NCBI GenBank assembly: GCA_951813565.1
Contig: OX638351.1
Location: forward strand, 4,544,001-4,608,000
Length of the DNA: 64,000 nt
Direction of reading: 5' to 3'
DNA from: an uncultured Poribacteria bacterium
Lineage (GTDB): Bacteria > Poribacteria > WGA-4E > WGA-3G
Of this stretch, positions 50,238-60,540 are shown piece by piece. The position numbers and the translations under genes were made by a program. The notes under the pieces were generated by a model. That model searched no databases and was not told the DNA's origin. It saw only the letters and a list, made by a program, of their open reading frames with translations. Numbering within the stretch: position 1 is the stretch's first letter; the number at the start of each line of letters is the position of its first letter.

Positions 50238-53200
50238 CTAAAATGTGCTCCCAATGCGAAAATAGAAAGAATTTGTTGGCACATCTGGAATTGAGATGAG
50301 AGGTGCGGCATAATCAACTCCAAGCTTGAGAGGTCCGAAGTTTAATCGTAGCCCTGCACCAACCGTGGCCGGCAGCCATTCATACTCAATATTCTCTATT
50401 GTGTCCCATACGTTTCCTGTGTCGAAAAAGAGAACCCCTTGAATTGGGTTAAAAATTGGGAAACTCAATTCGGTATTAAAGATGAACTGAACATTACCAC
50501 GATGTTTTCCGGTACTATCCTTAGGTCCCAGTCCACGCTCTTCATAACCGCGAACTGTGGTACTACCACCTGCCCAGAATCTTTCAAAGGAAATCAATTC
50601 TGCGCCTCGGTCAGTTTGTAAACCAGTGGTAATACCAAATCGGAGTGCGGTTCCTAACACAAGCCCCCATTCATTTAGTTTTCTGTGATATCGTATGTCT
50701 CCTACCGCTTTGATAAAACTGCTTTCTCCCCCCAATAAGGGGCCTCCAGCATATTCGAATGTTGCCTCTTTCAACATGCCTGATGTTGGGTTCAGAGAAG
50801 GTGCTCGAGTATCTTGCCTCCATAATGCACGTAAACTACTAACTGTGGTCTCTGAGAATGCGACTGAAGTATCTTTTAAGTCACGATAACTATATTCTAA
50901 ATTCAGCCTGTGGGCTCTGGATAATTTTCTGCTGAGACTAAAACTACCCTGCAGTGCCCGGACGCCGTCATCTTCTTCCAATTTTCTTCCCAAAAATTGT
51001 AGGCTACCACTTATTCTACCTATGAACCAAGGTTCCGTTAGTGTTGTATCGTATAGGTAGCCGAGTGTTCCCTGTCTGCCCCGTAACCTAAACCGTACAT
51101 TTCGTTTGAAAAGATTGTAATGACTCAGTGCAATTGTGCCGCGAGGACCGTCTGAAGAACCATAACCAACACTTGCACCAATAGCACGCGGCTTTCGTTT
51201 TTGCAGCCGAATTAATACGTCATTGACTACAGGATTACTTGGTTGCTCTTCAATATCTGTTGGAATTCTACGTTCTGGGCGGATTCCAAGTTCAAAAATG
51301 CCTGTATTGTAGAGGTTTTGGATTGCGCCACTCAACTTGTCTTGCGTATAGAGAGTGTCTTCAAGGTGTGCTACCTCACGTTTAAGAACGTTCGAATTTA
51401 CGCCGGTGTCACCATCAAAAAAGAATTTACCAAACGCTATCTGATCACCCTCGTTTACTTCAAACAGTAGGACACCATGTTCAAAAACAGCTAGGTATTC
51501 TTTTTCCTGCTTAAGCGTATAGCGCGCATTACCATCAATATCCTGCATACTCCATTCATCACCTATCTTGGTAGCAATAAACGTACCAGTCAGTGAAAGC
51601 TTGTGTTTTTCAAAAACATCACTTAACTCCTTAGGGAGTACGCCAACATCCAAGAGTTCAGAATAATTGCCTTCTAATAGAAATACTGGATCGTCCATTT
51701 TATTCAGATATTGTGTTTCAACTGTCGCATCAATGTAACCGCGATCTTGATATGTTTTAAGTATTGCGTTTTCAAAATTCTTTTTGACAAGCCGCGCATT
51801 TGGCACTGGGGGTTTGCTTGGTAATACCTCATAGAGAGTGGTAGCATTAAGGACACTGTTTCCACTAAAATGACAATGGAAAATCACTTCTTTGTAGGGT
51901 TCAACAAATGTAAGGTTTATTGAGATTTCTCCAACGTTCCGTTTATTAATGTTCTGTTTTATAATATCGGTTTTTTTTATGGTTAATTTAGGATACCCAG
52001 CTTTTTCATACAAGATTTTTAAACGTTGCGTGTCTCTTGTAAGTGCTTGCTCTGAAAAAAAACGTCTTCTAATGCGGCGAGAGAAAAAATTGGCAGGTTT
52101 AGTTTCCATTTCTTGAAGCAATTCTTCTGCTGAAAATGCCTTATTCCCTGTGAATTTTACGTTTCTTACAATATATCGGGGACCGAGGGTAATAGTAAAC
52201 TTTACATGGAGTGGCGAATTGGTCAATATTTTCCAATCCACTTTAGTTCCATCATATCCTTTTGCTGCAAAGTAATCTTCTACGGTTTCTGTCCAAAATG
52301 GCCGTTTATCCATTATAGATGCAATTTCGTCTCGAAGTTGGTCTCTCTCTCGCTCTTGTTTGATAATGTCTAATTTTGCAAAAAGATTTCGAACAGGGGA
52401 GTCTTGAAAAATAGGTCTCCCGTTCTGATCCACAAAATCAAGTAATAGTTGAATGCCTTCATTTATATTGAACGTCAACACCCCAGTTGTATGTGCAAAG
52501 TCAGGCAAGATTTCAACGTTCGGATAATACTTTTTCTGATAAAGTTCGCGAATTGCGGAGATATCCTCATCAACATCAGATTTGCGATAGACCTTACCAA
52601 TATCGGCACGGCATATCTCTTTGATGTTTTCAGTGAATATAGCTGTATTTCCAAGAATTCGTAATTTTGTGATAGATGTAGGTTTTCTCAAGTTAATCTG
52701 ATATGTTAAACTTCTATCCGATGGAATTGCTTTGACCGCTACATCAACGTTGAAATAGCCGTTTTCAGCACATACTCCCTTAATTGAATCAATATCCTTT
52801 TTGGCAATTATTGGGATATACATTGCTCCCGGTTCTAATTTTATCGCTGTACGGATAGCACGTCTGAGTTCATCAGAAGGTATACCAGTAATATTGATTT
52901 TTTGAATGTGCATTACATTATGTAACTGAAAATTAAGCGCAACCCCTTCAGGTGTCTTTAAGGCATAAACATCAACTTGGGAATACTGTTGTAAGGAATA
53001 TAGTGAAATTACGCTTTGTTGAATAGCATGACGGGAAAACTGTGAACCAACTGCTATGTAGGTTGATTTTTCCAGACTACTGAGAGTCTTATTATCTGTC
53101 ACAGAGTTATTATCAATAAAGTACTCAATTTTAACTACTTTCTTTTCTTTTAACGTTTCACGGGGAGTATCAAGAATTGTAGAGGTGTTGGCAACTTCGC

Positions 53201-53324
53201 CAGAGATCGGTTTTACGGTAAGAACACAGAAAAGGATTAGTAGAAGTCCGAAAAACATGCGTTCCCTAACCGATGCACAAACAGAGAAGGATTTTGGAAT
53301 TTGGTTTAAACACAACTTACACAT
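50238..53324 (-). CDS. tamA: Omp85-family (TamA/BamA-like) outer-membrane protein with multiple POTRA domains
   Basis: Repeated GY/F.GN POTRA patterns, FWAGGSTTVRGY, FFDTGNVW, terminal IGSTF; directly downstream of tamB. Exact start uncertain. Confidence 0.8.
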   Translation of the reverse strand: MCKLCLNQIPKSFSVCASVRERMFFGLLLILFCVLTVKPISGEVANTSTILDTPRETLKEKKVVKIEYFIDNNSVTDNKTLSSLEKSTYIAVGSQFSRHAIQQSVISLYSLQQYSQVDVYALKTPEGVALNFQLHNVMHIQKINITGIPSDELRRAIRTAIKLEPGAMYIPIIAKKDIDSIKGVCAENGYFNVDVAVKAIPSDRSLTYQINLRKPTSITKLRILGNTAIFTENIKEICRADIGKVYRKSDVDEDISAIRELYQKKYYPNVEILPDFAHTTGVLTFNINEGIQLLLDFVDQNGRPIFQDSPVRNLFAKLDIIKQERERDQLRDEIASIMDKRPFWTETVEDYFAAKGYDGTKVDWKILTNSPLHVKFTITLGPRYIVRNVKFTGNKAFSAEELLQEMETKPANFFSRRIRRRFFSEQALTRDTQRLKILYEKAGYPKLTIKKTDIIKQNINKRNVGEISINLTFVEPYKEVIFHCHFSGNSVLNATTLYEVLPSKPPVPNARLVKKNFENAILKTYQDRGYIDATVETQYLNKMDDPVFLLEGNYSELLDVGVLPKELSDVFEKHKLSLTGTFIATKIGDEWSMQDIDGNARYTLKQEKEYLAVFEHGVLLFEVNEGDQIAFGKFFFDGDTGVNSNVLKREVAHLEDTLYTQDKLSGAIQNLYNTGIFELGIRPERRIPTDIEEQPSNPVVNDVLIRLQKRKPRAIGASVGYGSSDGPRGTIALSHYNLFKRNVRFRLRGRQGTLGYLYDTTLTEPWFIGRISGSLQFLGRKLEEDDGVRALQGSFSLSRKLSRAHRLNLEYSYRDLKDTSVAFSETTVSSLRALWRQDTRAPSLNPTSGMLKEATFEYAGGPLLGGESSFIKAVGDIRYHRKLNEWGLVLGTALRFGITTGLQTDRGAELISFERFWAGGSTTVRGYEERGLGPKDSTGKHRGNVQFIFNTELSFPIFNPIQGVLFFDTGNVWDTIENIEYEWLPATVGAGLRLNFGPLKLGVDYAAPLISIPDVPTNSFYFRIGSTF

Positions 53325-53326
53325 CT

Positions 53327-56300
53327 TTAGAAACGCCGCTCCAGTAATTGAATATCTACACCAAATTCGCCTTTTTCATCGCCTTCTACTTTAATGGACA
53401 TATTATTTGGCAACGGATATTCTGCGATGATGTGGCGTTCGTTGGGATCGAGACCAGAGGAAATTGTAAAGGTGATCCCGCGAAATGATCGCGAGAATGA
53501 ATTACCCGGTGAAAGGAGCGCGAGAACATCTGCATCTGAAAAGATCTCGGTTGTGGAGGAATTGAGTGGCTCTGCCCCGAAACTAAGCTTTGCCTTATCA
53601 ATATCGCCATTTTCGAGTTTCCCAATAATAGTTGCAGTTACCTCAAGGTCTGCTGTGCTTCCGTCACTCAGTTGGACACCTGGGATTGGGTTCGGTGTTT
53701 TTAGGCGAATATCTAACTCAGGGTTGAAGGCTGTTTCGTCCGGGTTAGTAATAGTTGAACCCTCATCAATTTCAAAAATCTGCGTAACAATGCTAATTTG
53801 CCCTTTGGGGATAAAAAGGGTCCCTGAGAAAATAGGTCGTTGAATTGGGCCTGTGAGCCGGCCACCTCTACAAGTGATTTCGATGTTGGTAGACCCACCG
53901 GTTGATGAAACTAAATGAAAACTGTTTGGCATATCAATCCCTAAGTTTAACGTAAGATCGCGTAAAATTGGGGCATCAGAAAATAGGTCGGTTTCACTTA
54001 CAGTACGAGCAGTAAACGAGTCCAGTAGGTCCTGCCAGTTCCAATCCTGTCGGTAGTGACCGGAGTAGATTTCAATGTCACCCACCAGAGTTGTCTTTAG
54101 AGTTGTATCAGTAATATTCCCGGATAGATGTAAATTGTCAGCACTTATTTCGACCTGATATCGGTTATTATCGATGAAGGAGGATTTGTCTAAACTTGCA
54201 TTTAGGTCTATTTCATTAACTTTCAACCACTCCGCAATAATTTCACCATTAGCAGAAAAGTTGCCACCATTCAATTGACCGTTAATACTATCGATTGTTA
54301 TTTTTGATTCAGAGAAATCAAACTCAGCATTTGTATCCTGAAAATAAACAGGTGAACGTTTAAATTCAAGGTCTACCGCATTAAATTCACCATCACCTAT
54401 CAGTTGTGGGGCCATTGGCGTGCCACCAATAGTTGCGGTAATTCTGCCTTCACCATTCGCAGATTCAATTAAAGGTTGAATAAGTGGCAAAACCTCAAGT
54501 TCTTCTAATTGAAAGTCAATCTTAATTTCCATTTCCTCTGATAGCGGTTTTGCTTGCAGATTGGAAAAAGAAAGCAGATAAGGCACTCTCGCAGAACAGG
54601 AGAGTCGATTCTCGCCCAATCTCAATAAAGGTGTATTCTCGGAAATTGTCCATTCCTTGTTTGCATAGCTATAACGAAGTTCTACAGTGAATTCGTCAAT
54701 GTTTGCTTGATTAATTCCGAGTTCATGCCCAACAAGCTTGACCGTTACCTCAGGAGCCGCATAAGTGCCTATGATATTGATATTTGTTGATAACATGCCC
54801 TTCTTTTTGAATCTATCAATATATTCTGAAGGTAAAAGTGGATCTAAAATAGAGATATTGAAATTGTCCAATTTTAGGTTAGCAGACATCTCACCTTGCA
54901 TGTTCCATGACCCAAAACAACTGAACACAATAGGTTGCTCGGATACGTTAGCAGGAATTTGAGCAGTATTTTCGAGCTTAAGTCCTTGAACTCTGAATGT
55001 CCCATAATCCAAAGTAATTGGAATTGGTTCCGAATTTTTAAAACTGAATTGTTGATCTAAGACAACAAAACCTAAAGATATGTCATCAATTGAGAATTCT
55101 GCTTTTGTTTTTTGACTAAGCCTATCAAAGGTGATTACTTCGCGTATTTTCGGAATTGGGGTTTTCTCTCCATTTTCAAAGAAACTATCAAACGGTATGC
55201 TCAGTTTTGTAAGCGTCGCCGTAACATTTCCATCCAAATTCGATAACACTTCCTCCGAGATTACTCGCCGTAGGGTTAAACCGAGAGGGTATTGCTTAAA
55301 TGTCAGACCAGCCAACTCAAATCGTTCTGGTGTCAAGCCATCAAGTTGCAATTTGCATTGAGCGAGATTACACGTCCCATCTTCCATATTAAATTGGAAC
55401 TTTGCAAGCTCAATAACATTTTCACGTGCCATGATCTGTACTGTCACGTTCTCAAGCGGTTGCGTGAAACTTTTGGGGCGGAGATGTGGTGCAAAAAGAA
55501 AGACGTTCCCTTTTAAGTATGGGGTGCGCGTTGTGCCTTGAAGTGTCAAATTAATATCCGTAACGCCTTCCGCTTCCGAAAAGATATTATCAAGCCATGG
55601 GAAAAAAGTGAGCGGAAGTTCCTTTCCGGTGAGTTGCACATTTATTGGCGCATCAATGAAACGTTCTGAGATGTTTAAATTTGCAAAAGACAAATCAAAC
55701 GGAATCATACCGTTGAGTGTTAATATGTTTCCATTATTCGTAAGTTCAATTCTATCCAATTTAATCTGTTTGTCTGCATATTTAACATCTCCCTGCCACT
55801 GTAGGAGCGATTCTGTTTCTTTCTGCAACAGGTGATTCAATGTTCCTTGCCATTTTGCGGATATGTTTGGCGTAGTAAATGGTCCATCAAAATTAACATC
55901 AACTTTAGTTTCCATAATAGAAGAGCTGACTTGCAAAGGCAGAAGGGAAGTAATGTTATTGTTATGTAATTTGAAGTCTATGGGTGAGGTGTTAGAAATT
56001 TGATGGTTATATGCTTGAAGATTGAGTTCATCTATCTTGCAAGTCGCTTCCATAAGCGCCGAGGTAAAACCTGTTCCGCTTAACTTAGCTGCTCCCGACA
56101 AGGTTCCGTGTACAGGTGACGGGCGTTGTAGAAACAAATTTGCCAAATCTCCTATCTCCAGTTCCTCCAGAGATATATCCATATCAAAAGTGGTTTTGTC
56201 TCTATTTCGGGTTGAAAACAAAGTTTCGCCATTTATCTGAAAATCGCTTGTTCCAATCTGCCCACTGGTAAGAAAGTTCTGTATTTGTACCGCTTCTTCT

Positions 56301-59300
56301 CTAATAGTAGTTCGGGCGTGCAGTTTGTCCAATATAATTGGTTTAGCAAACGCGCCAAAGTGAATAGGTTGGTTTTCAGTTGTCCGTGCGTTTAGATCAA
56401 AAATTGGTTCAGCAATAGTTCCAGCCACATTTAGCGAAACACCGACTTTTCCTTGAATTAAGGCAGATTTGTCAAAGGATAGGCGTTTTACTGTCTCAGC
56501 AGGCATACTGTTCCTAACCATGTGTGAAAAATTCAATAAATTGAGACTTGGAGCACTGAGGTTAAAGTTCAGTTTTGAATTGTTAAAATCGTCAGGATTG
56601 ATTGCTATATTCCCATCTATCCCGAATAAATTTTCCAAGACCTGTATTGAAAATGGTTTGATGTGTAAGGTGTTATTTTGGTATTCTATTTCACCGTTCG
56701 CATCACTTATACCAATATCTCCTATATCAGTCTTCACAACTAACGTTGATACCTTCCATTTGAGATCAACGATAGGATCGGTCAAAGTTCCCCTCGTCTT
56801 CAATTCATATTGTGCAGTACCAGAAATCGGAAGTCCTAATGCTGTGCCAAAAGATTCCAAGGCTAAATCTTGGTTGTGCTTGGAGGCAATGTCAATTTCC
56901 TTAGTTTTGGCATCAATAGTGCCGATAAGTTGAATGAATGGCGTGTTTTCACCCGCCACGGATAGTGAACTGTCAGAAATAGTGAGTATGTCGTTTTCTA
57001 ATTTGAAAAGCATCGGCTTAAGGTTGGTGAAGCGCAACACATTGTATTGAAGTTGTGTCTTGTTAATAACTATGTCAACATCATAAGGGTATACACGTTT
57101 TTTAGAAGGTCCAACGAGTTCTGAAATTGTGCCTTCTACTTCAACAGTGCTATCAACAGTGCCAGTAATTACATCAAGTGCCGGATGAAAAATGCGCAGA
57201 ATGGGTGAAGCTGCTGTTTCTTTACTCTTCAGGGTAAACTTGTATGGATTAGGGAGGGTATTACTGATTGTGCCCTCAATGCTACTTGTACCTTCAAATG
57301 CTTTTCCCGTAAATTTGAAATGATTTTCTTGTTCTATGAGGACACCATGCAAATCTGCATCACCAAGCGGGTTGCCTTCAAATGTTAAATCAGAAAAGTC
57401 AAAATTTACTTCAAAAACAAAATCTCTCTGCTTTTTTTGGTGTGAAACCATGTTAATATCCATTTTGCCATCAAGCGGAAAATCGGCAATGCCCGCAGCG
57501 CGTGCAAGTTCTGTCAATTGAACTGGTCTGTCCGGACTATTTTTTAGGCTAAAATCAAAGTCTCCATTGTTTCCTACATGGGCGTTGAACGTAACTACTT
57601 GACCGCGCGTTGTTATCACAAAATTGGGAATAGTAAGAGAGTAATCATCAATCTTTAACTCCAATGTTGCAGGATCTAAATTCATGCTCCATGCGTTTCC
57701 AGAATCGATGACAAAATTACCGCTGCCATCAAGATGGTCAATGAGTTGACCGTATAAATTTAATTCTCCTTTTATATTACCTTCAATAGGGTACTCTGCA
57801 ATAAAAAAGAGTTTGTTATAGTCAGCATCCAGCACAAGCGGTTCAGCGACGATACGAAAATTAGTGGATAATTTATCCTCTAAACTGATATTGCCCTCTA
57901 TGGAAACGTTGGTATTTCCGTTCTCACCTTCTTTTGTTAGGTGTGCATTTTCAAAATACACAACCCGATCTACGTACCGAAAATTCCCGGTTAAACGACC
58001 AACTGGAATTGGATCATTATCGCTGCGCCGATAGAATGCCTCAGGTATCTCTGCATATCCATTGGCAGTGCCGTCTTTTTTTATTTTTGCAGTAATGCTT
58101 CCAACACCTTCAAAGGGGATAGAGTTGAAAATTTTAGATAGTTTTCCAAAGTCAACATTTCCAAGTTGGACATCAAGACTTTCATAGGAGCCACTAATGT
58201 CAACTTTTGTGTCATCTATGATGCCATCTATACTTACATTTGAGCCGTTCGTGTTTTCTGCAGAAATTTTATAATTCAGAGATGAATTTTTTAATGGTAT
58301 AGATTCGTTTTTTACAAGAAAACCTGTATCTGAAAGTTTTACATTGCTATCAAGGTGAAACTTGCCTGTTGTATTACCGTTTATTAGCGCTGTGCCTGTT
58401 AATGTCCCAGATTCGATTTGCGGTATCTGTTCTGACAACTCCCCGAACATTGACAATAGTGAATAGAGCTGAATATCCGATATTTGCCAATTACTGTCGT
58501 AGGTGATGGGCTGTTTTATAAAGTGCTGTAATCGTTCAATCAAATTCCCCTCGGAAGTATTCTTAAATGTAGCACTGCCGCTTCCTGTGAGTGTTCCGTC
58601 AGCGATCTGTGCACTAAATTTATCCAACGTTACTTTTGGAACTTTCTCTAAATTTATGGTAGTGTCAATCGTTAGGTCTGAAATATCTATTTGTCTATTT
58701 TTAGATTTAGATTCATAACTTTCCTTGATTGAGAAAGCGTCCGATGTGCCAGTGAGTGTGCCGTTTAAAGTAGAATCAGTTCCCTTTAAATCCAGTACAA
58801 TTACGCCTGAACCTCCAAGTTCAATATTGTCACCAAGAAATTTTTGGACATCTGAAGCATCAATTGTCATTCCTGCGTATACTTCCCATGCATTAGCCTC
58901 CCAATTTCCCTTCATGGTCAAAACTGAATTTCCGAATTTAAGTTTGTGTTCGGGTAGATCACCACCTATTGTTGACACAGAAAACTCTATTTTTTTCAAT
59001 GGATCAATAGATAATTTTGTTCCATTCAACGTGAAACTACCCTGATTAAAAGAAACGTTACCCGTGTGATTCCAATCATCTAACGAACCCCCCAGTTCCA
59101 GTTTTATATTTGGGAGTTCCAGTTCAATGTTCTGCTGTGTATCCGTGAAAACAATCTTACCTTCATTGATTTTAACATTGGATACGGCAAAAGCGAAGGA
59201 ATCAGTTGAATCAGGCGGCGGCTCAGATTCCCGAAGTACCTGAGTTAGGTTTACTTGTCCTGCCGCATTTCGCTGCAGGTTTACCTCTGGAGAGTCGATC

Positions 59301-59629
59301 TCTAACGCAGTTACAAGAAATTTGCGTTGTAGCAGGGCAAAAAAGTTATATTTTAGGGTTATCTTTTTTGTAGAGAATATTGGTGATGTTTCGGATTCTT
59401 TTTCTTTTACCGATAAATTCTCAATTTCAACGCCAGTGAAAATATTCCCGCGCAATTTTTTGAGTTGGATAATGTATTTGTCGTCAATCTGGTCTTGTAA
59501 TACATCTTTAAGGCGAGTTTTGACGAAATTATTAAGAAAAGAGTCTGAACGGACATAGAAAAATCCTCCGACTCCTAAAAGAAGGATTATTAACGGTATT
59601 GAAATTAATAAAATTTTGCGTCTTGTCAT
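53327..59629 (-). CDS. tamB: TamB/AsmA-like translocation and assembly module protein (2100 aa)
   Basis: N-terminal TM anchor, repeated G.....P...G beta-taco segments, DUF490-like C-terminus (FNPELDI, DVLALL). Confidence 0.82.
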   Translation of the reverse strand: MTRRKILLISIPLIILLLGVGGFFYVRSDSFLNNFVKTRLKDVLQDQIDDKYIIQLKKLRGNIFTGVEIENLSVKEKESETSPIFSTKKITLKYNFFALLQRKFLVTALEIDSPEVNLQRNAAGQVNLTQVLRESEPPPDSTDSFAFAVSNVKINEGKIVFTDTQQNIELELPNIKLELGGSLDDWNHTGNVSFNQGSFTLNGTKLSIDPLKKIEFSVSTIGGDLPEHKLKFGNSVLTMKGNWEANAWEVYAGMTIDASDVQKFLGDNIELGGSGVIVLDLKGTDSTLNGTLTGTSDAFSIKESYESKSKNRQIDISDLTIDTTINLEKVPKVTLDKFSAQIADGTLTGSGSATFKNTSEGNLIERLQHFIKQPITYDSNWQISDIQLYSLLSMFGELSEQIPQIESGTLTGTALINGNTTGKFHLDSNVKLSDTGFLVKNESIPLKNSSLNYKISAENTNGSNVSIDGIIDDTKVDISGSYESLDVQLGNVDFGKLSKIFNSIPFEGVGSITAKIKKDGTANGYAEIPEAFYRRSDNDPIPVGRLTGNFRYVDRVVYFENAHLTKEGENGNTNVSIEGNISLEDKLSTNFRIVAEPLVLDADYNKLFFIAEYPIEGNIKGELNLYGQLIDHLDGSGNFVIDSGNAWSMNLDPATLELKIDDYSLTIPNFVITTRGQVVTFNAHVGNNGDFDFSLKNSPDRPVQLTELARAAGIADFPLDGKMDINMVSHQKKQRDFVFEVNFDFSDLTFEGNPLGDADLHGVLIEQENHFKFTGKAFEGTSSIEGTISNTLPNPYKFTLKSKETAASPILRIFHPALDVITGTVDSTVEVEGTISELVGPSKKRVYPYDVDIVINKTQLQYNVLRFTNLKPMLFKLENDILTISDSSLSVAGENTPFIQLIGTIDAKTKEIDIASKHNQDLALESFGTALGLPISGTAQYELKTRGTLTDPIVDLKWKVSTLVVKTDIGDIGISDANGEIEYQNNTLHIKPFSIQVLENLFGIDGNIAINPDDFNNSKLNFNLSAPSLNLLNFSHMVRNSMPAETVKRLSFDKSALIQGKVGVSLNVAGTIAEPIFDLNARTTENQPIHFGAFAKPIILDKLHARTTIREEAVQIQNFLTSGQIGTSDFQINGETLFSTRNRDKTTFDMDISLEELEIGDLANLFLQRPSPVHGTLSGAAKLSGTGFTSALMEATCKIDELNLQAYNHQISNTSPIDFKLHNNNITSLLPLQVSSSIMETKVDVNFDGPFTTPNISAKWQGTLNHLLQKETESLLQWQGDVKYADKQIKLDRIELTNNGNILTLNGMIPFDLSFANLNISERFIDAPINVQLTGKELPLTFFPWLDNIFSEAEGVTDINLTLQGTTRTPYLKGNVFLFAPHLRPKSFTQPLENVTVQIMARENVIELAKFQFNMEDGTCNLAQCKLQLDGLTPERFELAGLTFKQYPLGLTLRRVISEEVLSNLDGNVTATLTKLSIPFDSFFENGEKTPIPKIREVITFDRLSQKTKAEFSIDDISLGFVVLDQQFSFKNSEPIPITLDYGTFRVQGLKLENTAQIPANVSEQPIVFSCFGSWNMQGEMSANLKLDNFNISILDPLLPSEYIDRFKKKGMLSTNINIIGTYAAPEVTVKLVGHELGINQANIDEFTVELRYSYANKEWTISENTPLLRLGENRLSCSARVPYLLSFSNLQAKPLSEEMEIKIDFQLEELEVLPLIQPLIESANGEGRITATIGGTPMAPQLIGDGEFNAVDLEFKRSPVYFQDTNAEFDFSESKITIDSINGQLNGGNFSANGEIIAEWLKVNEIDLNASLDKSSFIDNNRYQVEISADNLHLSGNITDTTLKTTLVGDIEIYSGHYRQDWNWQDLLDSFTARTVSETDLFSDAPILRDLTLNLGIDMPNSFHLVSSTGGSTNIEITCRGGRLTGPIQRPIFSGTLFIPKGQISIVTQIFEIDEGSTITNPDETAFNPELDIRLKTPNPIPGVQLSDGSTADLEVTATIIGKLENGDIDKAKLSFGAEPLNSSTTEIFSDADVLALLSPGNSFSRSFRGITFTISSGLDPNERHIIAEYPLPNNMSIKVEGDEKGEFGVDIQLLERRF

Positions 59630-60483
59630 GATTTTTGTTCCGAATTTTCTACCCCGTTTGCATGAAAAGCGCGATGCGCAGCATTAACGATATTGCTAAC
59701 GGAGTCTATCTCTGCTGAAGAGAGAATTTCTAATTCAGATTCTGATTGTTTTACAGTAGCAGATTTCTGAAGCCAGAGTAGATATTCAATGTTGCCTATG
59801 TCTCGGTGAATTGGCGAAAAGGTTAATCCCATAGGTATTACTGAACAGCTTTTCCGCACAAAGTCAATTAAATTAACCAATGTTTCCTTATGCACACTTG
59901 GGTCATCAACAATACCGCCTTTTTTGACGTGAACACGTCCTGCCTCAAACTGAGGTTTGACGAGTACTATTATTTCAGGGACTGCTAATCTTTCAATTAC
60001 TACAGGTATTACTTTCCGCAAGGAGATAAAAGACACATCAATCACTGCGATGTCAAGTGGATGCGAAAATAGGTGTTGGTCAATATGGCGGATGTTGGTT
60101 TTGTCAAGGACGTGAACACGTGGGCTTTTGCGAAGTTTCCATGCAAGTTGTCCATATCCGACATCAACAGCATAGACGAAATCTGCACCGTGTTGAAGCA
60201 AGCAATCAGTAAAGCCACCTGTGGATGCACCTACATCAATCGCTACTCTGTTTCGGACAGTAATTTCAAAATCTTGTAGTGCCTTTTCAAGTTTCAACCC
60301 GCCTCGACTGACATATTTTGGCGGTTGTTCAACTTCTATCGCAGCATTCGGTGATATGCGTTGTCCTGGTTTAACCAGTGAGTTTTTATTTACTTTGATA
60401 GCTCCAGCTAAAATCAAACGTTTCGCTTGGAGGCGGCTTTCAACTAAGCCTCGCTGAACAAGGACTATATCTAACCTTTCCAT
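59626..60483 (-). CDS. tlyA: TlyA-family rRNA 2'-O-methyltransferase
   Basis: S4 domain ERLD, YVSRGGLKL, DVGASTGGFTDCLLQ, DVSFISL, KPQFE, GNIEY. Confidence 0.95.
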   Translation of the reverse strand: MERLDIVLVQRGLVESRLQAKRLILAGAIKVNKNSLVKPGQRISPNAAIEVEQPPKYVSRGGLKLEKALQDFEITVRNRVAIDVGASTGGFTDCLLQHGADFVYAVDVGYGQLAWKLRKSPRVHVLDKTNIRHIDQHLFSHPLDIAVIDVSFISLRKVIPVVIERLAVPEIIVLVKPQFEAGRVHVKKGGIVDDPSVHKETLVNLIDFVRKSCSVIPMGLTFSPIHRDIGNIEYLLWLQKSATVKQSESELEILSSAEIDSVSNIVNAAHRAFHANGVENSEQKS

Positions 60484-60540
60484 CTTTCTATCAATTTCTT
60501 CACCTTGTTAATGTTCATCATATACAATATGGCTCATTTC

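Noticed and set aside
53386..59558. Numerous 60-155 aa ORFs overlapping tamB and other long genes
   Set aside because: Antisense or alternate-frame shadows of well-supported CDSs with no recognisable motifs.
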